A DNA stretch of 64,000 bases from Chiloscyllium plagiosum. Lineage: Eukaryota. The notes under the pieces were generated by a model, which worked only from the letters and a program-made list of their open reading frames with translations, searched no databases and had not been told where the DNA came from. A program made the position numbers and the translations under genes. This document shows, one piece after another, positions 25,030-37,294 of this stretch. Within the stretch, counting starts at the first letter, position 1. The number at the start of each line of letters is the position of its first letter. The stretch covers positions 73,991,657 through 74,055,656 of the forward strand of contig NC_057719.1 in assembly GCF_004010195.1 (NCBI RefSeq), read 5' to 3'.

Positions 25030-26625
25030 ATGGGAGCTATGCTCAGTGGTGCTGGCTGCTTTCCATCTGGTGAAATAATGGTTTGTGTCGTAGTGGTCAA
25101 CTGTGTTAGTATTGCCCTGTGTAGTTCGGCAGTCTAGCCCCACTCGGCCATGGCGTTCTCTATTGGAGTTGCTGCAGGAGAAGATACTGAGCAAAGAAGC
25201 TGCTGGACTTGCTGGCCTCTGTTCTCTGAGCCCTCTATGGCTGAGCTGAGGCTTTCATTTCTGTTCGCCGCCTCCAAGGCCCTCCAGTGATGAGAGCTAT
25301 CAGTGACTGTTCTCTTATCTTTCATGTTAATGCCCACTTCATATCTCACTTGTAAGTGTCCTTGTGATGGAGATGTAGATCTCCAAGGTGTCATGGCGTA
25401 ATGGCTAGTTCACCGAATGGCAGGTCTTTCTATTTGGCTACTATCCATCTGATAAATGTGGCAGTCCATGCTTTTAGCTTGACAATTCCTGTATGCATAT
25501 GAATTAGCACACTAGGACCTCTGAGTTGGTGCCCTTGTCCGTGTAAGAGATGTTGGTGTTACATGTGGGACTATGGCGAGTAAAACTTTCAACCTTTCCT
25601 TCTATCTTGCAAATGTGGTTCAGGCCTCACCAATGTAGAGGAGTGTGCCAAGGATTTGGGCTTAGTGAGCTTGCATGTAATTTAAAAAAAGGAACAGTGG
25701 ATACTAGAGATAGGAAGCAAAAGCAAAATGCTGGAGAAACTCAGCAGGTGTGGCAGCATCTGTAGAGAGAAAACAGTTGACATTTGGAGTCCAGTGAACC
25801 TCTTTCATACCCTTCTGATGAAGGGTCATTGGACTCCAAATGTTAACTGTTTTCTCTCCACAGATGCTCCCAGACCTGCTGAGTTTCTCCAGCAATTTCA
25901 GTTTTGGTTAATGGAATCTGTTTGTTTGCACAGTCAGATTGCTGCTGTTCCACACTGTTATCCAACTGAGCTCGGCTGCTGCAGCTTTTGTGATGTGCAT
26001 ATTGATTCCAGCATCAAATAATCGATTGCTGGTGATGTTGGAGCCTTGATGTGTGAAGCCATCAACAACATCCAGCGGCTCAGTGTCAACACTGAAGGGT
26101 CATATACCAATACCCACAACCATGGCTTCTGCCTTTCTGATGCTGATGGTCAAGCCCTGAGTCTCTTCACAAGCACCAATAAGTTTGTTTATTTGCCTTG
26201 GTATGGAATGCTGGTGTAGAATTAGCAGTATAGAGAACTGAGTACTTGGCACAGGTTGGTCTTAAATCTCACTCAAGCAAGACTAAACTGCTCTCTATTG
26301 CTCTGGTATGTCGCTAGACATCTTCCACTGATAGCCTGAAAGCATATGACAGCAACAAAGAGAACAACTTGCCAAAGAGCGTCAATGCCAATTTGACCCC
26401 ATGGCAGATGTCCGGGTCCTAATGTTGCCCTGTCATAGCTGACCTTATCCATTACGTTGTCATGGAAATAGGCAGTCGCATTGAGTAGCTTTGGCAGGCA
26501 GCCAGTTTTCTCCAGCAGATTAAATAGACTGCCTCTACCCACGTGGTTGAATGCCTGTGAGAGATTAACGAAGGCAATATATAATGGTCTCCTTTGTTCA
26601 CAGCGCACTGCCATCTATCAGCATT
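25030..26625 (-). mobile_element. RTE-clade LINE remnant, interrupted by a palindromic Penelope-like element
   Basis: ORF 26273-26614 RCEQRRPLYIAFVNLSQAFNHVGRGSLFNLLEKTGCLPKLL...FHDNV is a typical RTE RT motif (KCREQ.RPLYIAF.DL.KAFD). Confidence 0.7.
25705..25908. mobile_element. Palindromic Penelope-like terminal-repeat element
   Basis: tgctggagaaactcagcaggt...aaacagttgacatttggagtcc is inverted with ggactccaaatgttaactgtttt...acctgctgagtttctccagca; central ctgatgaagggtc. Confidence 0.8.
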
Positions 26626-26829
26626 GACAAAGTACTTCGTCAAACTCTTGCTTATATGTTTAACAGCACATGCGATGCCAATACTGTATTTAGAGGTTAA
26701 GTCCGAACTAAAAAATAATCAGCCAATTTGTTGCCTTTGGTTATGGGCAAGATGTAAGAAGGGGTCATTAAGAATGCATGGTACAACCAAATAAAAGATT
26801 ATTAGCAACTTTCATGATAGATATGGCAA

Positions 26830-27090
26830 TAGGCTGGTATGTTAGTGGATTAGTAAATCAGGACCAATGATTTGGAAATGGGAGTTCAAATCCCAGCATG
26901 ATAACTGATGAGCTTTAATGAAATTTATCAAGTAACCTAGAGTAAAAAAAAACCTTAATCTGAAATGGTGGCCATGTAATTGTTGGATTGTCATTAAAAC
27001 TCCTCTTATTCACAAACGTGGGATATATCTGACTTTGTGCTTGACAGCAGAGCTTGTTTCGGGACTATCCTGTGAATTTGTCCAGCAAAT
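26830..27090 (+). mobile_element. tRNA-derived SINE (same family as 2700)
   Basis: gttagtggattagtaaatcaggacc...gagttcaaatcccagcatg...atggtggccatg. Confidence 0.5.
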
Positions 27091-27260
27091 CAAACCATAT
27101 CAAATGGTCATGAAAACCAAAAGGATAAAACCTGATTAACTACTTGGCATTGCACGAGGTATCAGATGTGACTAACATGCATCCTGTGTAGCCTAACAAA
27201 ATCATTCTCATTAACGTCTGGGGACCAGTTTGGGAGAGCCGAACCACAGTCTAGTCAAGC

Positions 27261-28181
27261 AATAAATGATCTGGAAGAGGGCACTGTTGGTACGATCAGC
27301 AAGTTTGCAGATGATGCAAAGATTAGTGGAGTAGCAGGAAGCATAAGTGACTGTCAGAGAGTACAGGAGGATATAGATAGACTGGAGAGTTGGGCGGAAA
27401 AGTGGCAGATGGCTTTCAATCCAGACAAATGTGAGGTGATGCATTTAGGCAAGACTAATTCTAGAGCGAATTATACAATGAATGGAAGAGCCTTGGGAAA
27501 AGTTGATGGGCAGAGAGATCTGGGAGTGCAGGTCCATTGTACGCTGAAGGTTGCTGCACAGGTGGATGGAGTGGTCAAAAAGGCATATAGTATGCTTGCC
27601 TTCATTGGACGGGGTATAAGAGCTGGCAAGTCATGTTAACATTGTACAAGACATTGGTTAGGTCGCATTTAGAATACTTTGTACGATTCTGGTCGCCACG
27701 CTACCAAAAGGATGTGGACGCTTTGGCGAGGATGTTGCCTGGTATGGAAGGTGCTAGCTATGAAGAAAGGTTAACTAGGTTAGGTTTATTTTCATTAGAA
27801 AAAAGGAGATTGAGGGGGGGACCTGATTTGAGGTTTATAAAATCATGAAGGGTATAGGCAGGGTGAATAGAGACCAGCTTTTTGCCAGGGTGAAGGATTC
27901 AATAATGAGAGGTCACGCTTTCAAGAGGTGGAAAGTTTAAGGGGGAATACACACGGCAAGTACTTCACACAGAGGGTGGGCGTTTGGAACGCGTTGCCAG
28001 CAGGGATGGTAAAGGCAGGCACGGTAGATTCATTCAAGATGAGTCTGGATAAATGCATGAGTAGGTGGGGAGTAAAGGGATACAGACGCTTAAGAATTGA
28101 CTGACAGGTTTAGACACTACATTTGGATCGGCTCAGGCTTGGAGGGCCGAAGGGCCTGTTCCTGGGCTGTAAATTTTCTTT
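27261..28181 (+). mobile_element. CR1 LINE RT C-terminus and 3' UTR
   Basis: ISKFADDAKI, MAFNPDKCEVMHLG, LYKTLVRSHLEY, LGLFSLEKRRLRG with frameshifts. Confidence 0.9.
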
Positions 28182-28739
28182 ATTCCAATAGGTGGGCCAT
28201 AAGCAAATTGTAACTTGTGCCACCATCCACCCTCCTACTGCTGAGTGTGTCCTGAGAAACTGTTGACTTTAATAGTTTAGAGAACTGACACGCTATTGCT
28301 TTGAAACTATATTGAAAGGAATAAAAATTGAAATGACATTTAACAGAATGAGACTGGGCATACTTGCCTAGTTGGCACTTTCTAACATTTTTAATCGTTT
28401 AGATCAATTCTTCCCAGACTCTCTTGCAATGTAACCTCCATTCCAATGGAAACAAAACCACAATAAAGCAACACAGTCACATTTAGTTTGTAAATTCTTG
28501 CAGTTTGCCTGTTATCAATCAACATTTTTAAAGTCTATTAATCATTGCCATATAAATGGAAAGAGCCGGGTTTTAAAATGCTTGGTAAAAATGATGTGAT
28601 AACTTGAGCTCAAGGAGGTTTTAACCAAGCACTCCACTATTGCTAGTGACCAAAGACATGGTGAATTCTCCAGCCCCCGATTCTAGCAGCCATATTGTAA
28701 TCAGCCCCTCTTCTACTGCATAGATACTGCCCTCTTCTC

Positions 28740-29910
28740 AACACTCCTGCACCTCCACATAGACCATCAATCTTCCCAATGCCCATTCCCCCCACCCCGC
28801 CCCAACCCACTGACTATTCACCAGCAATCCCCACTGGAGGAGAATGCTCCAAATATCCCCATATTCAATAATGGGAGAGTCAAGCTCATCAGTGCAAAAG
28901 ACTAGGCTAAAGCAGTCACTATAATCTTCGGTCAGAAGTGCCAAGTGGATCATCCATCTTGCTTCTTCCAGAAGTCCCCAGCATCAGCTAGTTTGATTCA
29001 TTCCACAGAATATCAGGAAACAGATGCCAGCACTGGGGTGTTGCAAAGGTTATGAGCCCTGAGAGCATTCCAGCAATTGCTTCTGATGTTTTGTGCTCCA
29101 GAACATGCCACTCTGCTGTAAGACCACGCTGTTCCAGTACAGCTACAGCACTGGCATCTACCTCAGCCAGCTAATGTGGAAAATTGCCCAATTCTATCTC
29201 ATGCACAAAAAGATGAAACTAACCTAGCCAATTACTGCCTCATCAGTTTGCTCTCACTCATTAGTAAAATGATGGAAGGAGTCCTGAGCAGTGCTGCCAA
29301 GCAAGACTTGTTCAGCAATAACCTGCTCAGTGTTTGAGTTCTGCCAGGGTCACTGTTTCTGACTCTATTACAGCCTTGGTTCAAACATGGACTAAAGAGA
29401 TTAACGCCAGGGGAGAGGTCAGAGTGACTGTCTTGGAAATCAAAGTCACATTTGACCACGTGTAGCATCGTGGAACCGTAGCAAACCTAAAGCCAGTAGA
29501 ATCCATGGGAAAACTCTTCAAGTTGGTGGTCATATCTGGCACAATGGAAGATGGCAGTGCTTGTTGGAGGCAGTTATCGCAGCTTCAGGACTTTCTTTAA
29601 GCGTTCCTCAGGGAAGTGTCCTAGGCCCAGCCATCCCCTTCATAAGGTCAGAAGTGGGGATTCATTGCACAATATTCAACACCATTCAGAATGACTTGCA
29701 TGGAAGCAACCCATGTCTATTTGCAGTTAAAAAGTGGACAATATTAATGTTTGGGACAAATAATCTGTGGGCCAATAAATGCCAGTCATTGACCACCTGA
29801 AACAATACATGGCAGTGGTTCAAGAAGGCAGCTCTTCGCCACCTTCTGAGGGCAATTAGGAATGGCAATTAATGCTGGCCTTGCCATTGTAACCCACTAC
29901 CTATCAATGA
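28740..29910 (+). mobile_element. CR1-clade LINE, decayed and internally deleted
   Basis: NYCLISLLSLISKMMEG and VPQGSVLGP motifs; tail ggttcaagaaggcagctc...gggcaattaggaatggcaattaatgctggcc. Confidence 0.75.
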
Positions 29911-30068
29911 AATTTAGTTTGAAAAGCTGCTCAATGAAGGTTTCAGAGCAGTGTTAGACTTTTGTAATTTCCGTGCTGAAACGTAGGTATTCTTAAAGAT
30001 TGACTGACATTTGAAATTGATATTGCACTGTGTGAATTTGGAATAACAATGATTCCTTGCTTCTGCAG

Positions 30069-30236
30069 CGATCAAATTCATTGAAGACGTTGTGCCCCAG
30101 CATGACCTCTGCCCCGAGATTTCTGGCTGTAATCTGCTCAATAGACAGTGTGTCTGTGAAGTCGTACGCTCCTGTGTTAACCTGTTCATGTACCCTGATC
30201 TGGATTCCTGTGCTGCTTCCTCGGGACATGTGCCAG
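30069..30236 (+). CDS. Internal coding exon of a CRIM1-like (cysteine-rich motor neuron 1-like) gene, equivalent to CRIM1 exon 2
   Basis: Acceptor ttccttgcttctgcAG|30069 and donor 30236|GTacag; 168 nt, phase 1/1, no stop. Translation xIKFIEDVVPQHDLCPEISGCNLLNRQCVCEVVRSCVNLFMYPDLDSCAASSGHVP has Cys spacing C-x5-C-x6-C-x-C-x5-C-x11-C versus human CRIM1 (from memory) CNENLIAGCNIINGKCECNTIRTCSNPFEFPSQDMC (C-x7-C-x6-C-x-C-x5-C-x11-C). Symbol left blank because orthology is uncertain. Confidence 0.85.
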
Positions 30237-32269
30237 GTACAGTCCTTTTTAAATGAATATTTTGAAGGTAGATTAAAAACTGTTTATGAATTTATCTTTC
30301 ACTGGATGTATTTGAAATTAGATCAATATTCACACCGGTATTAAAGAGTACCTGTAAAAAAAAAAAATTCTGCGTAATAAAAATGGACTACTAAGTATTA
30401 TGTCTTCAGTTCAATTCCTTCTGTCTATCCAAATGTCATTTGCACAAGAAAATAAACATCCCGATGAAAACTTTGGCAGTGGGGCTGGATTTTTGATTTT
30501 CTCTTGGCAATGTGTAGTTGCCTTTGAAGAAGATCCTGGTAAATAGACAGATGTGGTGCCAAGAGAACTTCAAGTTGTCTGCTTTAAATGGTTTGTTTTA
30601 GTCTCCCTTTTGTTGTGATAGCTTTGAGGAATGATGTATGAAAATTGCTGCCTAACTTTCTTACTCCACTCTTTTAGAAAATATTGAAAACTTGAGTAAT
30701 CTCAGGGTGTTTGTTTTATCCCCAGAACTAAATGGAAACCTTATCGTTGTGGTTCTCTCAACATGGTCTGAAATTACTAATCATTTAGATCACCAGAAGA
30801 TAGCCCTTATCATAACTGGCTAGCAAAGAATTGGCTAAGATTAAGTAAGCTCTTTTGTATGGCAGTGTGTCTGGAATGGAGTGTACTTTGTTGTGTATTA
30901 GAATAGTTTATTTAGATTTTTACGGCAATGTAAAATCTACACTCTTGTGTGAATGGACCTAAGCCGTACTTCTATGTGGCCTGGCATCTCTCTGACTAAT
31001 ATCTTTTGCAAAAGAACTGTAGCTCTTCTTAGAGTAAAGGTAAACTCCCTTTTTATGCTTTAATTGCCACATTATGCCGAGACATCCACTATCTGTACCT
31101 GGTTCGAACATGAAGCCACTTAAACACTGAGTAGCAGCTGAGGAGAAGGAACAACATAATGTCTTGGGTATGGACAATTTATCAGAACCAGAATAGATTA
31201 CTGACCAACATTTTAGAAAGGAATTGACCTGGGGAATGGTGTGTGGGATAATATCTATGGAGCTCTGCGCGAGCACAGATGCTTGTGTGTGTATTTGCAT
31301 GGAATTGTCAAGTGAGAATCTTGTAGAGATGGCCAAGTTGTCATGTCTAGGTCCTGATAGCTTCATGAGTATTGGTGTATTAATTATGATGTAACTGAAG
31401 TTGCACATGAATGGTTTAGTTTCATCCTGTAAAAGCAATGGAATTCGTATCTTGTTACTTCTCTAGAGTTCCAATGAATCTGCTTCGACTTAATCCACTC
31501 AACTGGGAGTATTTAATGTAAGACTAATTATGGTCTCCAGCAGGCATTAGTTTTGAGGTGGGGGGTATTTTCATCCACGATTTGAATGCAGAACACCCAC
31601 AGTGAGATTCCAATAGACAGATGATGCAGTAAGAATTCTTAATTAATGTATGCAAAGTAAATGTTTTGTGCACAAGTTCAGTTCTCTGCATTTAATAAAT
31701 CTGTTTGGATCAGATAATGAACGTTCACAATAATGTAAAAAAGACACGTTTAAAGTGGTATAAAATGTTTACTAATGTATTGCATTTTAGTTAAATATTA
31801 ACACTTAATATTTTAAAATATCTTTAGTACTTACCAAATATATTTCAGAAGAACTAGATACTAATTCGTCTCACCTCGATTCACTTGCAACTTTTGTATG
31901 TAAATAGCAAAGTTTTTTTTCTATTGTGACCTGACTTGAATCCATGTCCAGCCACTTCTCATGTAGCTTCTGTTTATCAAAATGGCGCCTCTTAAAGTAT
32001 AGAAGTCGTTTATCTTAAAAGCTTTATAAGTATGAAGTTTCCTTTGTTTTCTGTCATTATAAAGAAGTTAATGGAAGCAGTGTGTTGAGTTTCTCAACAG
32101 TCCTAGCTGTTCCAAGAGAGGCTATCTTTACATGAATGGTTCTTGACACCAGGTAATTATCCTTCACAAGTTTAAATTGAAAAGTCATTATGTCAGGACA
32201 TCTGAGAAATCCTGACATGAGTCTTTCAGATAAGTCCAGTATCTGACTATCTGCTGACTGGAATTTATT

Positions 32270-32522
32270 TTTTATTTAATGGTGGGATGTGGGTCGCTGT
32301 CGTGGCCAGTATTTATTGCCCATCCCTAATTGTCCAGAGGACAGTTAAGAGTCAACTATGTCATACGTATGCCAGACCAGGTAAGGACGGCAGATTGCTT
32401 TCTGTAAAAGTGCATTAGCGACCCAGATGGGTTTTTCCCCAATGTCATTATTAGACATTTAATTCCACCATTTGTCGCCAAAAAAAACCCGGGACCCCAG
32501 AACATTACCTGAGTTTCTGGTT
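32270..32522 (-). mobile_element. tRNA-derived SINE (same family as 2700)
   Basis: ggccagtatttattgcccatccctaattg...ccagaccaggtaaggacggcag...ccagatggg. Confidence 0.7.
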
Positions 32523-32636
32523 CACCTGCCTCTCCTCCAACCTAGTTTACTGCATCCGGTGCTCCCAATGTGGTTGTCTCTATAGCAGAGACCAAACATA
32601 AACTCGGGGAGCGTTTTGCAGAGCATCTTAGCCAAG
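32521..32636 (+). mobile_element. Penelope-like GIY-YIG endonuclease fragment
   Basis: FTCLSSNLVYCIRCSQCGCLY / ETKHKLGERFAEHL with one frameshift. Confidence 0.8.
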
Positions 32637-32731
32637 GAGATTGTACAAACTCCGCACAGACAGTTGGAATCGATCCCAGATCCCTGGCACAGTGAGGCAG
32701 CAGTGCTCACCACTAAGCCACTGTGCTGCCC
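32636..32731 (-). mobile_element. HE1/V-SINE-like SINE 5' head
   Basis: Reverse complement gggcagcacagtggcttagtggtgagcactgctgcctcac...gatcgattccaac. Confidence 0.75.
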
Positions 32732-33208
32732 CTAAATTGAACTAATTCCATTTGCCTGCATTTGGCCTATAATCTTCCAAACATTTCCAATCCAGGAGCC
32801 TCTCCAAATCTCTCTCAAATGCTGTAATTGTACTCTCCTCAACCACTTCCTCTGGCAGCTTGTTCCATATGCACCCACCCTCTGTATGGGGAAAAATTGC
32901 CTCTTATGTCTCTTTTTAAATCTTTCCCCTCTCACCTTAAACCTGTGCCCTCTGGTTTTAGACTCCCTGACCCTTGTTATTCTCCTTTTCTATGCTGGCA
33001 TTGATCTTATCAAGCTCTGTGATCATCCCTTAGCCTCCCGATTACCAGGGGAAGAAGTCCCAGCCTCTCCTTATAACTCAAACCTTCTAGTTTCAGTAAC
33101 ATTCTTGTAAATCTTTTTTGCACCCCCTGCAGTCTAATAACATCCTTCTTATAACGAGGCAAATCGTGGCCTTGCCCATGTCTTCCACAGCTACAACATG
33201 ATGCCCCA
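32732..33208 (-). mobile_element. CR1 LINE 3' part
   Basis: ORF 32732-32935 MRGERFKK... and matches to other CR1 3' ends. Confidence 0.8.
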
Positions 33209-34469
33209 AGGTCCAGCTTGTTCAGGAAGTTATGATTTGAGATATTCGTTCAATTACTCCTTCATATAACACATCCATTTCACCTTGAGGCTTCAATGTT
33301 TTTCATTTCACAGGGGGCTTTCTTTTCAGGAAATGGGAGAAGTTAACTGGACAGCTTGTTCTTAGCAGGCTTCCTTCCAACTGAACCTGATTAAATAAGG
33401 ACCTTTCGAAGCTAGATACTAGTCAAGAGTGGCCCCGTTACATTCTTAGTAAAGCAATTGCTTGCCACCATTCATATTTCAAATAAGTGGTTTTTTTTTC
33501 TTTTTTTTAAAAAAAAAGTAACCTGCTAAGCCACAGTCATTGTTAGATAACCTCTTATAAAGGAACTTCTACAGGCATTTCCACAAAAATTGAAATAAAT
33601 TCCTTTTACCACAATTCTTCAAAAACACTGAGCAAAATTAATTATAAAGCATCTTCATCACCAAGTTTAAAAGATTTCTTTCTCATGAAATAGAATTTGT
33701 TTTCAGTATCAATGTGAGCGTGTTTGAAAGAGACTTTAATTAGCTTGCCAGAAGCTTATTTTTCAATTGTGCAAAATCTCAAATATTTTTAATTGAAATT
33801 TAAGGACTCCACACAGTGGATAGAGCATGTACACCCGAGTGAAGGTGCAAGGGGTTGAAGCTTTGGATGGCCTTCATGCAATGTTGGAGCCATTCTGCTT
33901 TCAGTGAAAGCCAGGCTTTCTTTCTGGCCTGTTTTGGAAATGCAGATCCTGTAGATTGAACACTTTAAGGCAGTGATGGATGACATTTGTGTGTAAGTTT
34001 GTATGCGTAGAGAAGGCTATTAAGTAAGATGTTCCAGTCATACTGCATAGAAACAGGTCTTTCAGGTCAACCATGTCTATGTTGACCAGCAAACACCAAA
34101 CTACGTTAATCCTATCTACCTGCACTTGGATGATGCTATGTGGCATCAGTGGATTTGATGTACAGGAATTCTAGTCACTATATAAATCCAGGATTTAAAC
34201 ATACTATCCACACTCGCATACTAAGTGAGCATTGTCAGAGGTGCCAACTTGTGGATCGCCCCCGAGACTCCAAAAGCTGCATAGGCACACAGCAATATGA
34301 AATGTATAAAAGAGGTAGGCACCAGCAATGAAGCTTTCAGACTGTGTGTTAGTCTCCACTCTGGACAGAGCACCGTGGTAACTGTCCCACCTTAAAAAAG
34401 ACAAGTGTGTGCCTGTCAAAACCTTAAATGGGCAAAAACAAACACGTCCGCGCCAGCTTTAATGAAACC

Positions 34470-35190
34470 ATGAATTGCGGATGCTGGAAATCCGAAACAC
34501 AAACAAATAGCTGGAGAAACTTGGCAGGTCTGATAGCACCTGTGGAGAGAAAGCAGAGTTAACATTTCTAGTCCAGTGGCCCTTCAGAATTGGTAGCAGC
34601 GAGGAAAGGCTCGTATTTACGCTGAAGACTGGGATTGGTGTGTGAAAAGGAGTGAGCAGATAGGCATAGACGGAGCCCAGAGAGAGATAGAGAATGACAG
34701 ACAAAGGAGCGGATGATGGTATGTTGGGGAGAAAGAAAAGCTGATAATAGGTACCATTAGTGGGTGAAAATGAGTTGGCTGTGCTGAAAGCAGCCCATAT
34801 CATTGACGGAGCCTGTGTGGGGTGAGGGGGAGTGGTGGTTGGTAAAGGATATAGAAGAAAGTGTTCAGGCTGTAGAATAATTGAACTCGATTGCTGCTTT
34901 CTGAAGGCTGTAGGGTTCCCATGCGGAAAATAAGATGCTTCCTTTCAGCTTGTGCTGAGCTTCACTGGAGCACTACAAAAGTTTGTTCGCCGGGGTGTGT
35001 TGAAGTGGCAGGCAATTTGGATCGTTTTTTGCAAACAGAAAATAGGTGTTCCGTGAAGCGGTCTCACAGTCTGCGTGACCTCTTCCCCACTGTCGAGGGG
35101 ACCACGTTGTGAGCAGCGCGAACGATAAACTGGATTGAGCAAAGTGCAGGAAAATCGCTGCTTCACCTGGAACTTGAATGAAACATTGTG
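34470..35190 (-). mobile_element. Penelope-like element 3' part (GIY-YIG domain plus pLTR)
   Basis: FQVKQRFSCTLLNPVYRSRCSQRG...IACHFNTP, then ..HLIFRMGTLQPS; terminal repeat tgctggaaatccgaaac...gagttaacatttc. Confidence 0.8.
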
Positions 35191-36669
35191 TTCCACGTGT
35201 GACGTACTCTAGCAATTTCTGATTTTGGTAGATTTAGCACAAACAAGACCTTTTTGACATTGACAATCATTGCATCCTGACCTGAATTTGTTATTTATCA
35301 ACTTGGATATTTATCACTGAGGCGAGAAGACCGTCCGATGTACAATCTGTATGATTGTATAGGTCATAAACTTGGGAATTCCCTTCCTTAATCCAATCCA
35401 CCAATTTTTCTTTCTCTTCACCAATTAGAATCCTCTCCTGAGGGTTGTTGAGCTGTAGTTTGTGATTTTTGAACAGTCAGGGGAGTAAGGCAGCCCCTCG
35501 TCTCCGGGATCAAACCCCATGATTTTGGTATTCTTTTGCAACACACCAACTGGATTAACTGCTCCACCATCACCCACTCTGTTCCAACACAATCTCCAAC
35601 ACTCTACCCAGCCCCATTCACTCCCCTCTATCATTCTGTTTAGATGCTCCCTAAAATGTAAAATCAGTTTGACCAAGCTGTCGTAGTGTCTCCTTTAGCT
35701 CAGTGTCAATCTTTGTCAGATTACACTCTGGTGTATTGCCTGGTGAAACCTCAGACCTTGAATGTGATAGAAATGTGATTTGTTGCATAACCCCCATGTC
35801 ATAAGTGAGTTCGCCATATTATGTATGCTTTTCACAGGTGTTACTTGTCTTGGAGACATATTGTTTGTGCTGTAGTGATTCTCTTATAGGGGAAAAAATC
35901 AATGCTGTTTCTGTTTCAAAATGAGTTCAGTGTAACTTCAATTGAATGTGAGTACCTTGTCCATCAGAAGTCTGAGACATATTAAAACTGCATCATGGAT
36001 ATTGAAAAACTCTTGTAAACAATGGAGACAATATTGGAGCAAACTGAAAAAGCGACATAACGGGTAAAGGTGAGTGGAGATAGCCAAGCAGAAGGGGAAA
36101 TGGAAAGAGTCAGAAGATCAGGTTGAAGTTGAGCAATGGACATATAAGGAAGCTGGGGAACATTTAAAGATTTAGTAACAGCAGTGGCTGTGCATCACTT
36201 GAGCAGAGATGATCTGTGGCAAATTACATTGATTTCATTTTTTTAGAATTAATTTATTGTCTTGCCATACCAACATAAAATGAATGCAATATGAATTATA
36301 ACACAATTGTTATAACACTATTTCAACCCAGCCAGACTATGTTGGTGTATATTCCCCACACAGGTTTTTGGAATTCCTTGTAGCCACCTTGTTCCTTTAC
36401 CCTTACACTGCACTTACCCCCTTTCCTTGAACTATTCGTATAACCTAGTCTTAAATGGTCAAATGTCTCCTGCTTTAGTTACTGGAATAGTCCATTGTAT
36501 TACAGTACTGGGAATAAGATATGTATCACTTTCAGAATTAAAAATTTGATTTATGCAGATTGTATTCCACTTGAGAAATGCAATTCAATTTATTGCATTT
36601 GTAATTTTTTTAACAAAAGGTGCACTGCATTTCCACAGACATGTTAAAACTAAAATGCATAGCCATATA

Positions 36670-37195
36670 TTACCAAAGCTCCTTGTCTTCCACTCATCAG
36701 AATAAATGCAAGCATTGCAAGTTTCAAACAATCGCGGTCTGCGCTACTGTGCTAGGAAAGGTATTTGATTGGTTGGCAAGTCACTGCCAGTGAAGTAATC
36801 ATCGGGAATCAAAGCCCACCCCTAAGTCACTGGGTATTTCAAAAAAAGGTCCTGTTTATGAACATCTGTGACTTCTAACAAGTATAAGTGATCCACACTA
36901 CGAACGCAACTAATTATCTTAGATTAGTTGTTATGTAACAATTTTCCCCCTCAGAATTGTTCAGCAAGTGTTGCTCAATTTTGAAATTGCACCTAATGCC
37001 TACTACATTTTCTTTTACTGCTTATTTCATGGCAATGCCTCGGCCAATTGAAGTTGACTTGTCTGCCAATCAACACTTTTCTCCTGTCATATAAATTGTT
37101 TAATCAGTTAAAGTTTGGCGTTCTTGCATTTCTCCTGATAAGTGCAAGACAAAGCCTCACAACATTTGTCTGTTCAGCAATATTGAAGTTCTGTC
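36670..37195. mobile_element. Old Penelope-like element with inverted terminal repeats
   Basis: Left cactcatcagaataaatgcaag is inverted with right cttgcatttctcctgataagtg; internal minus-strand IEQHLLNNSE...HLYLLE resembles a GIY-YIG C-terminus. Confidence 0.6.
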
Positions 37196-37294
37196 CAAAT
37201 AAGTGACTGGGTGTTATTTTAATGGAGAAAAATCAAATTCTGAACAGTGCGTCATGAATTGTACCCATATCAAACACTTGGCGAAAAGTCATGC

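Noticed and set aside
25704..26021. Opposing ORFs both starting MLEKLSR, and the repeated MWCWKSTAGQAASEEQE ORFs at 44276 and 45058
   Set aside because: Artefacts of palindromic repeat arms, not a peptide family.
29914..30344. ORF-track ORFs overlapping the exon (30057 +, 29914 -, 29993 -)
   Set aside because: They are in the wrong frame or antisense; the Cys-rich frame bounded by splice sites explains the region.
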